From Octopus vulgaris (taxonomy: Eukaryota), in NCBI GenBank assembly GCA_951406725.2, contig OX597818.1, forward strand, positions 101,308,001 through 101,372,000: 64,000 nt of DNA, read 5' to 3'. The number at the start of each line of letters is the position of its first letter. The first letter of the stretch is position 1. Below the pieces are notes generated by a model. The model searched no databases and was not told the origin of the DNA. It worked only from the letters and a program-made list of their open reading frames with translations. Positions 14,230-28,373 of the stretch are shown here, piece after piece. A program made the position numbers and the translations under genes.

Positions 14230-14570
14230 TACAGGAGTTCCTTGTTTTAGACATGTACGTACTATTATATCATCATTCGTGAACATAAATAAATAGGATT
14301 AACAATTCCGATACACAAAAGAGATTTGAAGGATTCGTGAACATGAATAAATAGGATTAACAATTCCGACACACAAATATGTTTTGAAGGATTCAGAGAA
14401 TTCTGCCAACATTTAATTTTTGGTTTCTTTCTGAAAATGTGTGATGTCTGCAGCATGCCTTTGCTGATCTTGAGGAAGTCTCGTCTCCCTTCTGTCTTGT
14501 TACTTCATCACACATGCTGTAGCATGCTTTTGCCGGTATTGAGAAAGTTTCCTCTACCTTCTCACTTGAG
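14230..14570 (-). pseudogene. Decayed Helitron RepHel N-terminal fragment
   Basis: Minus-strand translation gives RKLSQYRQKHA..RRETRLPQDQQRHAA repeats like those at 15600-15880 and a downstream YNS motif; many stops and frameshifts. Confidence 0.4.
14275..14390 (+). repeat. 58-bp tandem duplication
   Basis: attcgtgaacat(a/g)aataaataggattaacaattccga..ttgaagg repeated at 14275 and 14333. Confidence 0.9.
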
Positions 14571-14935
14571 AATGTATGCTGCTTATGAGTGTATCATATA
14601 CCTCAATAAAATGTCAGAAATAGCTTTTGCGTACGCTGATGCTGAAGGTTATCACGACATAAAATCGAAATTATTTGTGGTTAACTCATATTCTACTAAA
14701 TTAAAGTAAACCTCGTGATTATAGAAATGTGGATTCCTTTCAAAATCTGTTGCCTACAAGCGAAATTCTTCCTTTTCTAATAATAATTTAAAGGTTTGAA
14801 GATAGAGTTTAATGGTTTATTTAATTAATCTATCAATCAATTTCGCTATATTTGTCAAATGAAAGACGTTTTTCGTCAGTTATCTGTTGTTTTTTTATGT
14901 GCCATAAATATTTCATATCTATCTATCTATCTATT

Positions 14936-14977
<42 letters not shown>

Positions 14978-15088
14978 GACGTAAACACACCTACAGGCAA
15001 ACACACCCAAACGCACAACTTATATATAAATTAGCAGTGATACCCGGCGTTGCTCGGGATAAAAATTACAGTATATATATATATATAT

Positions 15089-15305
15089 AGGGAGAGCTTA
15101 CGAAAGAAAAATCAAAAGATGAAGACAGGTGGTGTACAAAACAAACAGATGTATTAGTATAACGCCCAGGAATTGAAAAAAGTATTTTACGTTTCGGGCC
15201 TACGCTCTTCTGCAGAAAGGGACACAGAAAAAAACAAGGAGAGAAACAAGAGAGAAACAAGGAGAGAAAAAGTGTGTGGTGGCTACCGATCTATCATGGC
15301 GACGC
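15089..15305 (-). mobile_element. Penelope pLTR-like fragment with degenerate minimal hammerhead motif
   Basis: Minus strand CAGAAGA-gcgtaggccc-GAAA-CG-TA (15188-15212); flanked both sides by (TA)n. Confidence 0.45.
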
Positions 15306-15334
15306 ATGATATATATATATATATATATATACTA

Positions 15335-15878
15335 CATTCATGTTGAAACAGGTGATAGAGAAAAGTGGACCATTGGCGACAATACATTTGTGGAGTAAAT
15401 GTTAAAGCTTTGCAAAATCGATAATCTGACTTCAGTCCACCAATATGGACAGAAGTATCAATTTTATAAGAATAGGATGCATCATATCTGAAAACAGCTC
15501 CTGGTGCTGTGAAAAACGAATTTCTATGTGATCTGTTTTGCAAAGCTAGTCTATTGAACATATATGTAATCTGGCGTGCTAAACTTTGTTTTAACGATAC
15601 AGCATTAAGTTATTCAGCATGCCTTTGGAAAGTGTCATATCTCTTTTCTCTTGTGATTCTATTCGATGAGCTGCAGCATGCGTTAGGTGATCTTTGGATA
15701 GTGATATGTCCATTCTGTACTCAGATTTCATCTGATGCGCTGCATCATGTATTTTCTGATGTTATATTGAGAAAGTCTCATGTTCCTTATCTCTTGAGAC
15801 TCTTGCCTTCCGTTTTCTGCACTCCTTGCTTTATAGGTGTTTCTGAAGAGATTCGTTTTTTTTTTCCTTTTGTGGCAT
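15335..15878 (-). pseudogene. Helitron RepHel N-terminal remnant
   Basis: ATGCCACAAAAGG start (MP..KKTNLFRNTYKAR), ESQE-type repeats, then VFRYDASYSYKIDTSVHIGGL...FCKALTF..YC, the degenerate pre-Rep CxxCxALxF..CC motif of animal Helitrons. Confidence 0.65.
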
Positions 15879-16542
15879 AATGTTTTCAATATTTTAAAGA
15901 AACAATTCTGCACATGGAAAAACTATACGTTAATCTCTATTTTTGTAAGCATTTGTGTGTATGCAGTATATCTATAATTTTTATGCAATACAAGTCAACC
16001 AAATATAAGCAAATTGTTAATAGTTTGCAACTTTGCAATTGCTGCGTCAATTATTAACTGCCAATAGACCGGTAGATGTGTAATTATATATATCTTGGAT
16101 CGTCCAAGTAAGTGGTGTTTGTCAAAAGTTTGTGTAGATTCACGTGTGTTTAATAACGTAGGTAATCGGAGCGCAAACACATTCAGTCACATTCATATAA
16201 CAATACACACACATTCATATGAAAAAAAAAGTGACGATACTCATACATACACTCTCACATCGAGACACACACATACAGTAAGAGAGACACATACAAACAT
16301 ACATTCACGCATGTCAGTTGTTACACACATACACTCAAAATCACATACACACATCCATATATGTGACTTTGAAGCAATATTACAAAACCGTCTTTGATAG
16401 AAGGAGAAATGTAAATAGTGTATTTAAATAGGGGGAGTGCAGAAAATTTAAAATAAGTAATGTTGTAGAGAGAAAGTAGAAGTAGCGTGAACAGAAAGAT
16501 ATTTAGCCACGAGACAACTGAAGTACACTGAATTCGATTTTT

Positions 16543-16643
<101 letters not shown>

Positions 16644-17117
16644 AAGCGTGAGTGACCGAAAGAAAGAGGTATCGGTATATATGAATGTGATGGAGAGAGA
16701 AAAGGAGAAAGAGAGAGCAAGGGAGAGTGAACAGAGAGAGGTTCCCTTGAAAAGTGCAGACGTCGAAAGGAGAGGATCGCTTGAAAATGGAACATGATTA
16801 GGAGACGAAATGTTAATAAACAAACAAAAGCAAAGCATCACAACGACCAAAGTTGTAAAAACATCTGAAATTTTAATAGGTTTTAAGAAATAGAACCATG
16901 TGAAACGCTCGAACACACGTAAACAAATTACAAAGGAAAAACTTCCTCAACGAGGTATCTTCGCGTGTAATTGCACAAATCCGTCCATATCTGTTGCGGA
17001 AGGCATGGTTTGACATGGAACAGGCAACAATTTATATAAACCATTCTAGAGTAGGAATTACCCAGCAACGACGGCATATGCCGCAAGTTTATATATATAT
17101 ATATAAAACATAGGTAG

Positions 17118-17620
17118 AGTTTAAACTTAAAGAAAAGACTCTTGTCTATAAAGTATACAATGTAGAGAAAAAAGATTTGAACACATGGAGGAAAGCACCT
17201 TCGAAAAGTGTCTTGGTGCGACTATGAAAGGTTTCTAATCAGAGCGTGCAAGGGAGTACTAGACTCGAACTTGCAAATTGGGAATATTTTACTTCTACCT
17301 TTATATCTGGCACGTAGGACGTGCCGAAAAAAAATCAAGCCCTCCCCCAGAAGCGGAGGTAGGCTGGATTGTAGCCACACATCTATACAAGAGGGAGGAC
17401 AAAATACAATTGATCGAAATTACAAGAGACGGGCAAACAATTCCAGTCTGTTATATATTTTGAGTATTGTTATCACAAGCGATATCAAGATATAACTTTG
17501 TATTTTGCATTTTATGTGTAGATGTATATATATAGATGTACATGTAATATGTACACACAAATATACACATATATACATGCACTAGCACTATGACCCGGCA
17601 ACGAGGGGTCTTTAATGCTA

Positions 17621-17621
<1 letters not shown>
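17118..17621 (+). mobile_element. Non-autonomous Helitron family H1, 3' part
   Basis: Colinear with 51410-51941; ends ctagcactatgacccggcaacgaggggtctttaatgCTAG|t. Confidence 0.85.
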
Positions 17622-17688
<67 letters not shown>

Positions 17689-17833
17689 AAAGGCTTATGC
17701 ATGTATATATAATACATATTTGCTTCGTTCATGAGATGCAAATAATGCAAGAGGTGGCGGAAGTCATACAATGACTTAAATACATATACACACGCATAGA
17801 TACATGCATGCACACGCATACACGCACATATAT

Positions 17834-18172
<339 letters not shown>

Positions 18173-18829
18173 AATAGCTGCAAAACTACAATTCAGCAGT
18201 ATCTGTGCTCGGCACGCCATCGGGTGAGTGGGTTTGAAAGCACTACGAGAAGAGGTTCATTTTCCCATTGTTTCATACAATTTTGTATTATCAGTATTTT
18301 CTCTTAATAGTTTGAATTGTAGATTCAAGCAGACAAAGATATAAAAAATACGAAAACAATTTAGAAATAAAAAAATTAAATATATATTTTACAAAACAAA
18401 TTTTTTAGTGGAAAAATATCGTAAGTATAAAACATATATAAAACTTAAATGCTGTCTGTTTTTTCTTTTTTATATTTTTTGTCTGTACCTTTCCTATGAA
18501 GATGTCTAACACTGATATATCACGATATAGACTATAGGAATCCGTTGAATAGCTCATGGCGTATATTGACAAGCTTTACGGTAGTTTGGTTGTTTTCTGT
18601 TGTGATTGTGATGAAATCCTGTTCCCTCCATATTCTGTAAATTCTTAATCACATTCTACCTATATTAAGAGAGCTCTACTTATATATCCAGTAAAATAAA
18701 TAACCCAGCTGTATGATGGCATGTTGTAGTCGACAAATGTATAGCAACTGCGAAATGAACTTTATGAGGTTATTCCCCAGATGATATTTTATACATGTAT
18801 ATGTGCGTGTGTCTGTGTTTCTGTGTGTA

Positions 18830-19195
18830 GCGCAGGCGTTTCTGTGAGGTAAGAAGCTAGCTTTCCAACCTCATGATTCTTAGGTCAAGCTTCTACTGTA
18901 GTATCGGACCGACCAAAGCCTTAGAGTGGATTTTGTAGACGGTAACTGAAAAAAGCCCTTCATCAAATATGCGTTTATATTTATGTGTGCGTATGTGTGT
19001 GTATGTTTCTCCACCCGCCATCTGTTATCGACCGAAACTGATGTGTTTATGTTCCCGTAATATAGCTGTTCGGCAAAAGAGAAATGGTATAATCACTAGA
19101 CTTAACATGAATATGTCATGCGGTAGATTTCATCTGCTATAACCTTTGAAGGAGGTCATACAATCTTGCTGCAAGACGAGCAAAACAAATGAAAT
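18830..19195 (+). mobile_element. SINE family A, diverged
   Basis: gcgcaggcg..gtaagaagct..gaccaaagcctt..gtagacggtaactgaaa..gttcggcaaaagaga. Confidence 0.7.
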
Positions 19196-19209
19196 AATAT
19201 ATACATATG

Positions 19210-19302
<93 letters not shown>

Positions 19303-19332
19303 GTTGAACGATGAAATGAGTGCTCAAAACCG

Positions 19333-20144
19333 CATTGGATTTATGTTAAGAAAATAGGAAACTATTCAAATGCCTTAAGGATTTTTCAAGCCCATCACAT
19401 GGAGAAAATGTTCGCTTCCATTTTGGAAAAAGTCTCGCTTCGTTCACAGGATTTCTCGTAAATAAAATAATAATATTTGAGTATAAACAATATTCTACAC
19501 TTAATAAGAACAACTATATGGGAGGGTCACTCTACCAGGATAGACCCCTTCCTAAACGTCAACACACATAGCACACAAGCTTCACACAAGGAAGAAACAT
19601 GTCGCAATAAAGAACTACCCCAACATACAAGTAGAGCACCATGCTGAGAACAAAAACCAAATAATGTAAAACAATTATTTCTACTAGAGGCAGAGGGCCT
19701 GAAATTCGGTAGGAGGGGACCAGGCGATTATATCGACCCCACTGTTTCACTGGTACTTAATTTATTCATCTCGAAAGAATGAAAGGCAAAGTCAACCCCA
19801 GCAGCATTTGAACTCTGAACGTAATCACAGGCGAAATGTTGCTGAATCATTTTGCGTGCATGCAAAGTATTCTGCACTCTCACCGCAAAATAATGCCAAC
19901 AAATTAACCACCAAAACATGTACTCAAAAGACACATTTAATGGGCCAAACATTCAGAAGTCTCCATTCAAGTGTAACGGTACTTGATTCATTAATTCATT
20001 GTTTTATCAACGCGAATTTCCGAGAAATCCCATGAACGATGCGAGACTGTTTTTCAAAATGGAACACCTTTCTCCATGTGATCGGCTTGAAAAATTGTTT
20101 GGACACTAATATATCTTCCTACTTTTCATAACATGAAACCAATG
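19333..20144. repeat. Diverged ~130-bp inverted repeat pair (19333-19463 and 20015-20144)
   Basis: tttttcaagcccatcacatggagaaa..agtctcgcttcgttcacaggatttctcg vs cgagaaatcccatgaacgatgcgagact..tttctccatgtgatcggcttgaaaaa. Confidence 0.8.
19680..19885 (-). mobile_element. SINE family B
   Basis: cgattatatcgacccc..ctggtactt..gaatgaaaggcaaagtcaacc..atttgaactc. Confidence 0.75.
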
Positions 20145-21580
20145 AGAGCTTCAATTCATAAATTAGTTACTGCAATATTTAAGAGCTTGTCATTATTTAG
20201 TTATTAAATATCTGATTTCCACAACGGCTGTTTCTCTTTATACATACGTATATTTTGGATATGTAATTTCTTGGATTGCACATAACACTGCGATACCGTT
20301 ATGATAGCTCTCTTCTTTCATGTCATCGTTACTACCATCATGATTGCTTAATATTTTTGTCATTCCCTTCTTTGTCATCAGGAAATTCAAAATTATATTT
20401 GTCGACATAGCATTCTTCAATTCCTACGTCGTCTTCCTCCGCTGCCCCTAATCATTATCATCTTCCTCATTATTATCAACATCTTCTCCTCATGATCCTT
20501 TCATATACTATTAAATATACTAAACTGCTATTTACTTTCAGCAGCATCCTCACCGATTGTGACTTTCCGAAATATGTGATATTTGGATTAACATCGTCAT
20601 AAAAAATGTTGAGCATACGTTTACATTCCATTAACGCAAAATAATCTCCAAATGATAATTTAATTTTGCATGTGTATGAGTTAGAACATAAAGTCGTTTA
20701 TAATAGACATCACACTTACTTTTATGAGAGGCTTTCGAGAATATTCTCGTATGTTTTTTGCCATGTATTAAAGGACTATATATATATATTTATATATATA
20801 TATATATATAACTATTAGAAAATGAAGAAGCCTTATGCTTGTTTTAATCAAAATACCATATTCAGTAATGTATAATCATTTTTACCTCTTTTGCTTGAGA
20901 AGATATCTCATAATATATCAAGCCTAAATATGATAAATACACTTGGTGGTATGTCGTCCAGTTTAGAAAATGTAAATTCAAGAATTAATGTCATTGGTGC
21001 CGCAAAAACCACTTGGTCAGTCATATTTCGTAGACAATAAATGCGAAATAACATTTTGAATATAATACATTATATTATCATCAAACTCTCAGGGGATGCC
21101 ACTCGACAAAAACACTCTGAAATACCTTTGACTTTATCTGGAAGAAAACAATGCTAATGAGATATTTTGGTGTTCAGATTCATATGCCATTAGAAGAAAT
21201 ATGAATTCCGTAACGTGAATCGTACATGTTGGCATAACTATGTCGTCGTTTTACACTAAATAACACCGCTTTCTTGTAGCGTCTTCGGAATACACGTTGT
21301 TTAAAATTCCGAATGAGAGAAACAAGATATACCAGTAAATCCCTCGATTTCAAAAGTTTAGTAAAAGCAAACAAGGTAATTCAAAAGCTGAAAATAAAAG
21401 CAAAAAATATAGCAAGGGAGGTAAAAGAAATGAACACTTTTTTATCTTCCCAAAATACATTCTGTAAATTTGTTAATTGGACGACGGACTCTGATCAGAT
21501 AGTTCAGTGAAATAAGCTTATAAAAAATACAAATCTAGTGAAAATTATATTTTTAATTTCAATAGTTTCGATATATCATA

Positions 21581-21713
21581 GGCGTAGGAGTGCTGTGTGG
21601 TAAGTAGCTTGCTTACCAACCACATGGTTCCGGGTCCAGTCCAGCTCTGTGGCACCTTGGGCAAGTAGCCTTGTGAGTGGATTTGGTAGACGGAAACTGA
21701 AAGAAGCCCGTGG
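21581..21713 (+). mobile_element. SINE family A, 5' half followed by ~290-bp microsatellite
   Basis: ggcgtaggagtgctgtgtggtaagtagcttgcttaccaaccacatggttccggg..gaaagaagcccgt. Confidence 0.85.
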
Positions 21714-22908
21714 TATATATGTGTATATATATATTGATGCATATGCATATATATATATATATACATATATACATATACATACATATATACATATATATTC
21801 CCATTTAAATATGCATACACATACATATATATGTATATATATACGTGTATATATATATACATATATATATATACATGTATATATATGTGTGTTTGTGCGC
21901 CGCACATACGTGTATATATATATACATATATATATATACATGTATATATATGTGTGTTTGTGCGGCGTGTGTCTGTGTTTGTGTGTGTTTGTGTATGTGT
22001 GTATATAGTTGCATGTTTGTATAACTGATTAGTGTTTCTAAACCATGATACGGACAATATGACTTTTATTTAAAACGCATCATATTTATATGCACATAAT
22101 CAGAATATTAATTTGCACTTAGGAGTCGATTAAATAGGAAGAGAATTCCATGTATATTAGAGTATAATAAATTCACTTTCAAATCTTTCAGCCTTATTGG
22201 CATCCTGGGGACCATAAAATTATTATAACTTGTTTCTAACATGCTAAATTCAGATGATAATTACACACGTCAGATTACTAATACAGACAATCAGAGAAAA
22301 TTTCAAATACGTTCTTTAAAAGCAATAAGCACATTATGGAAAAATATTAATGCATTGATCGAATTTTATTATATAATAAAATTTATTATGTTCATTCCTT
22401 GTTTTAAGATTTTTCAGTATTTAAATTGAACCTAATGCTCATATGATTTTAAAACTATAGTATTCAATATAATCCTGAAATTGACAATAAACTTCTAGAA
22501 AATTCCACCCACAAAAAGAAAAGGAAAATTGAATTATCTTTTTCTAAAACTTCGTGGCTTCCGTTTCGTTCAATCTCGTTAAATTTCACCAATGAGTTTT
22601 AAATCAATAACGTTATATATTTCTTACGCAGTTTTTCAATATTTGACAAATGATATGTTTATTTATAGATGGAGGCAATTTAAAATAATTTTATTTTATC
22701 ACGACATTGTGTAATTAAGACGAGTCTATTTACGTTTTAGTTGAAAGGTACTTAGATTTATCCAGCGTACTGTCATGCAATAAACTAAACATACAAGAAC
22801 CATAAAGCTTTTGACTTGAATCTGAATTTTATAAAACACCAGCATGTGTATATGTGCGTGTATGCGTTTATGCATATACATACACAAGTGTGTTTGTATG
22901 TATGTATG

Positions 22909-22959
<51 letters not shown>

Positions 22960-23059
22960 TATATAATATATATGTATATACATATATGTATATATATATA
23001 TATATATATTGTGTGTGTGTGTGTGTATATATATATATTTACATATATGTATATATATG

Positions 23060-23102
<43 letters not shown>

Positions 23103-24134
23103 GCTTATATATGCATATTTATATATATATATATACGTGAATAGGAATATGTATATGATGAAGGTATAGGCGTATGGTGTGAAGTCGTGTCGGGATGTGA
23201 TATGCGTTGTATAAAATGAAAACACATAAACACGCATACGCACATAGATATAGTCATATACACACGCATCCGGCGCGCACTCACAACCATACTCACACAC
23301 CCACTGCCTATATAACCTCGTCTTTGTTATTGAGCTCAAAGAAGTTCTGCTTATATTCAGTAAAAATTATTCGTGTTAGTACATCATGGATTCTGATATA
23401 CACTTGTACGGAGAGAAAGATGCTGATGCATGCATAAGTCTTTGCGTGTGTCTGTGTTTGTGTGCTTCCGAAACACAAAGGTTTTATGTTTGCATGTGAT
23501 TCGTGTATCGGAATATAATATATGCAGATTTAATCATTCAAAATATGACCGTCGGCATTGTTCTATTTACATATGTAGGGTTGTACTAAGCATTGAAGAA
23601 CAGAAAAATACGACTAAGTAGGCACCTACCTAAACAAAACATATGTACACGTTTAATGTTGTAGCCCAGGAATGATATTTTATGTTGGCAATACATTTTT
23701 TATAATAACCCTGCCATATGTACTTGTGGGGCTATATATTCGTTTATAAATTTACAGACTTCAGTGACATCTAAATAATGCATTTATTAAACAACTTTTA
23801 TACAATACTACTAAAATATTTTTGTAGATCAATGAATCGTTGTCTTCATCCAAATACTCAAGCTTAATCCAAACTTCCTATTTAATAGCATCATACAAAT
23901 GCATCACACGTTGATTCTTCATGAAAATTACTGGCGTCCTCTTTGATTTCGTTTATCATGATCTTTATCTGTAGCAAGCGATGATCTATATCGGTGTTGA
24001 ACGGCGGCAACATCGCAGTGTCCTGTAGTATGTATGCTTTGTCCACCTCGATATAATCAATTTACTACTTATACTTGCCATGCTAATCAATCTCTCCTGT
24101 CTTTCACGCCATTCTTACCCCATACAAACTCTCT

Positions 24135-24316
24135 AACATAATGCAGTTCTATATTTAAGAGATGAAGAATTATGTACATTATTTACATTTGACGGATATT
24201 TGTCCTCATCTTGTTTGTTGCTAATACAGCGTTTCCGCTGATATACCCTCCAACCTTCATCAGGTGTCTTGGGGAAATTTCGAACCTGGGTTCTCATTCC
24301 CAAATTATTTTTCGAT
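24135..24316 (-). mobile_element. Penelope pLTR-like fragment with hammerhead motif, abutting (GTT)n(TTA)n
   Basis: Minus strand aagacac-CTGATGA-aggttg-gagggtatat-cagcg-GAAA-cgct-gtatt at 24223-24270. Confidence 0.6.
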
Positions 24317-24347
24317 GTTGCTGTTGTTGTTGTTATTATTATTGTTG

Positions 24348-24420
<73 letters not shown>

Positions 24421-24430
24421 TATCATTATT
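24317..24430. repeat. (GTT)n(TTA)n trinucleotide microsatellite
   Basis: Direct observation. Confidence 0.95.
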
Positions 24431-25776
24431 TTTCCTACTTTCTTCAAATTTTCTTCCATTTCTCGGCGAGTGTTTTCCGTACGTACAGGCAGATTATCTC
24501 ATTGTATGCATTCCCAGATTACACACGCAAATTCACAGGTAAAATTTGTATTTAAAAAAATAATAAATATATAAATTCATGAATGAATGAATGGACGTTG
24601 TTTTCAAAGCGATAATACCCTTCTCACGGTCGTTTCGAGGGTCTGCTTTAATTGATCAATGAAAACATTACATCGCATCAAAGTTAACCTTTCTCATCAG
24701 ATGATCCCATAGATTTCAAGGAAATATTTACAATGTTTCCTCTCATCTGTTACTATCACAGCTCAATCCTTGTTCTTTGTTGTATTTGAAATATTTTTCC
24801 TCAATATATTTCTAATAATAATTTCAATTACATTTTACCAAGGTATACTTATACTTTTTTCCATGTAGTATTAATAACTATTTAATATTATAATATATTC
24901 TTCGTTTTCGTTTTATAATACCACATTTCCTTTTTATATATAGCAAGTTTTATTGGCATACTTTAATAATGTTTTTTACAAGGCGAATTTTAATACAATT
25001 TTTTATAAGTTTTTATTATAATTTTTCATGTAATTCTTTTCTCAGATATTTTCTTAAAATTACCACGACTATTTAATAAATCTTATATATTATATCTTTA
25101 TATCTTAAGTAATTTCATAATTTACTTTTCAGATATTAATAGATATTCCAACTAATATGAATAATTGGTGAACATTACACAAAGCTGTGAATATATTCTA
25201 TAAATCTTAATTTGTAAAACAATTTATACGACATAGAATACAAAATATAAAATCTACACTTTAGAGCTGAAAATTACATTTGCCACTTGAATGTGTACAT
25301 GTATGTGTGTGTCTGTATACAGAAACACATATGTATAGCTATCCAAAATCTATTGCAGCTAATCTATGTGAAGAAATTGATGTGTATACATGAACGATGC
25401 ATGATATTGGGACAGACAGATCAATAGAAAAACGAAACGGACATTAACTGATGATGGTAAATAAACATGGCTGAAGGATGATATTTAAGTTTCCAATTGT
25501 GTATGAATAGAGATAAACATTATTTTGCTAGGTAAAAAAGAAACATCGTTTATTCACCTTCACTCCAGATGAACCGTTTCTTTATTTGTTCTAAAGAATC
25601 AGTGATTTTTCTGTAATCAAACAAGTCAATGACTGTTCAGTGACTTTCAGGATTTTCTTCAACGATCCATCTGACTTGTTTGTTTTTACACCAGGAAGAA
25701 TCGTGAAAAATAAAAATATTGTCATTGATAAGTTTTGAAAGTAAACAGATTTCAACCCTAACTCGCTCTCTCTCTC

Positions 25777-25855
<79 letters not shown>

Positions 25856-25858
25856 GGA

Positions 25859-26172
25859 GATCACCGTGATCACCGCGACCGACCAGGCTATGAGATATTG
25901 CTACATATCGCTGGTCACCATGTGCTTCCCACTGTTTTATCCTTCAAATGACGCCACCCCTCTGGCTAAGCGAGCTGTCAAACAGAAGAAATAATGTGAG
26001 AAATTTGCGGCTGAAAGAGTACGGCAGGGATCGTCAACACCCCCTGCCGGAGCCTGGTGGAGCTTTAGGTGTTTTCGCTCAACAAACACTCGCAACGCCC
26101 CGGTCTGGGAATCGAAACCGCGATCCTGCAACCGCGAATCCGCTGCCCTAACCACTGGGCCATTGCACCTCC
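25859..26172 (-). mobile_element. SINE family C (tRNA-derived), apparently full length, inserted in TA/GA microsatellite
   Basis: Minus strand ggaggtgcaaTGGCCCAGTGGttagggcagcgg..gcgGTTTCGATTCCcagacc (A and B boxes); 3' end ggtcggtcgcggtgatcacggtgatc. Confidence 0.85.
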
Positions 26173-26309
26173 ATATATATATATATATATACACACACAC
26201 ATATATGTATAAGTTCAGCAAAATTTAGATTCAGATGAATATGGTACTTAAGTCAAAGGCACCAAAATTTTGTATGGTATTATCCATATAAATCCATGGG
26301 GTGATTATA

Positions 26310-26538
26310 ATCAAAATAAACAACAAGTATATCCGACGCAAAGTGGAACAATCGTTTCATGCTACTTAATTTTAATAAACCCTGTAAGTATTACATCAGT
26401 TTGATTGGAAAATTTCTATAAGTGGCTGAATATTGCTCGACATTTTAAAACTGATGTAATACTTACAGTGTTTATAAAATGAAGTATCATGAAACGATTG
26501 TACCACATTACATCGGATATACTTGTTGCTTATTTTGA

Positions 26539-26539
<1 letters not shown>
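26310..26539. repeat. Fold-back element, ~92-bp arms (26310-26402, 26448-26539)
   Basis: atcaaaataa..caacaagtatatccga..acaatcgtttcatg..ctgtaagtattacatcagttt and its reverse complement; flanked by TA tracts. Confidence 0.85.
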
Positions 26540-26590
<51 letters not shown>

Positions 26591-28278
26591 GTACGTTCAT
26601 ACACACGTATTAGTATATAATACAGATATTTTAAGAAAAAATAGCTAAATATGCGATGATATTTGCTTATGTATTTTTTTGAAAACTAAATGCAGAGTTT
26701 CCTATGTTTTATCCCAATATACTTTCCTACTCTCACATAAAGATCAGGTTAATGGAATAATCTGGGAGAAATATACATTATTAATAACACAAAAAAATGT
26801 GTAAATGAGTTTGTAAATCTCAAATGATTGTGCGTGTGTGTTGTGCGTGTGTGTGTGCGTGTGTGTGTATGTTTGCAGACAAAATCAAATATTAATATAC
26901 ACATAAATAACATTCTATATAGAAATATGCTAAGTACATATGTATATGTGCACACATATATATGAAGTTATATACTGATATGTGTGTGTGCGTGTGTTAT
27001 ATTATAAAGCAGGAAAATGAAATGAGGATGCTCTTGAATGCATATAATAGCAATCATTAGCAAAGTTTATTAGAAGTTGCAGCATGTCTAAAATATATAC
27101 AGACATAATTTCAAACATGCATGAAGAAGCCATATACCAAGTCAACTTGGGTGAATTTTAAAGAACTTTTGAGGTACATTACGGTATTATACAGTGAGTC
27201 ATTCTATCACCTCTACTTTTTGTGATCGTGCGTATTTGTGTGATAGGGTAAAATTTAGCAAGGAAGAGTTTGTGGAATACAAAACAAAAACAAACAAAAA
27301 CGTTAACATATCTACATTATGCTGATGAGAAGTGATGATCACAAGAATGACAGAAGAAATGTAACACATATCAACAGATTCAATAAGGGAGAGAATCAAG
27401 GCCGGTTAAAAAATGATGAATATAATGAATGCTGATACATCCAAGTGTAGTAGAGACAGAGAAGGGATAAATACCACTAGTCACCTCCAGTATTCATCTA
27501 TAATGATTGCGAATAATTAGTTATGTGATAGTCAATTTGTAAAAGGAATTAAGGAAGCAGAACAAGCAATAAGATTATTAAAGTTGCTATGGAAGTTTCA
27601 CTATCCTTTGATCCACACCAAGGTAGGGATTTATATAACATTATTGAGATCAATATTATTTTATGGACACGACTACTGACACTAAATTACCCGCTACTGA
27701 ACGGTACAATTACATTAAGTGCTGTCCAGAAACTTTTGATGAAGGCCTATATGTATGCCACTGTATATACAGGCTGCAGCATCACTACTGTCACTATTGC
27801 TATACGTATGACTTTTTCAATCTAGTATTAATAATCAATTAATATTCTGACTATAAATATTTATATAACAATTCTAATACGATATATTCTTTATTCTACA
27901 GCTTATATAACCTTATTTCATTTTTATATATCTTGTTATAGCATTTTATATTGGCTTACTTTCATAAAGTTCGTTAGTACAATTCTTTTATAAATTTTTA
28001 TTGTAGTTTTTATTATAATTCTTCTCTCAGATATTTTCTTAAAAGTTCCTCGTGTATTTTATAAATCTTATATTTTATATATGAATGCCTTAAGATTTTA
28101 TATACTCTTGATATACTTTTCATAATTTTTGTATGTTTTATTAATAATTTGACAATTTAAAGTATTTTTCATATATCCCACTGTGTACTGTGAACCTAAA
28201 ATTATTATATTTTTATTACACACACATTATAATTTTTATATGTATAAATATATATTATATTTTATATTTTCACACATT

Positions 28279-28373
<95 letters not shown>

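Larger units (their letters stand above)
24865..28095. repeat. Two diverged AT-rich direct repeats (~24865-25110 and ~27822-28095)
   Basis: Shared tagtattaataa..ttattggc(a/t)tacttt..gtttttattataatt..tctcagatattttcttaaaa..ataaatcttatat..cttaag. Confidence 0.65.

Noticed and set aside
26095-26172. tRNA gene
   Set aside because: A/B boxes present but no clean acceptor stem; continues into a 240-bp body and tail, i.e. a SINE head
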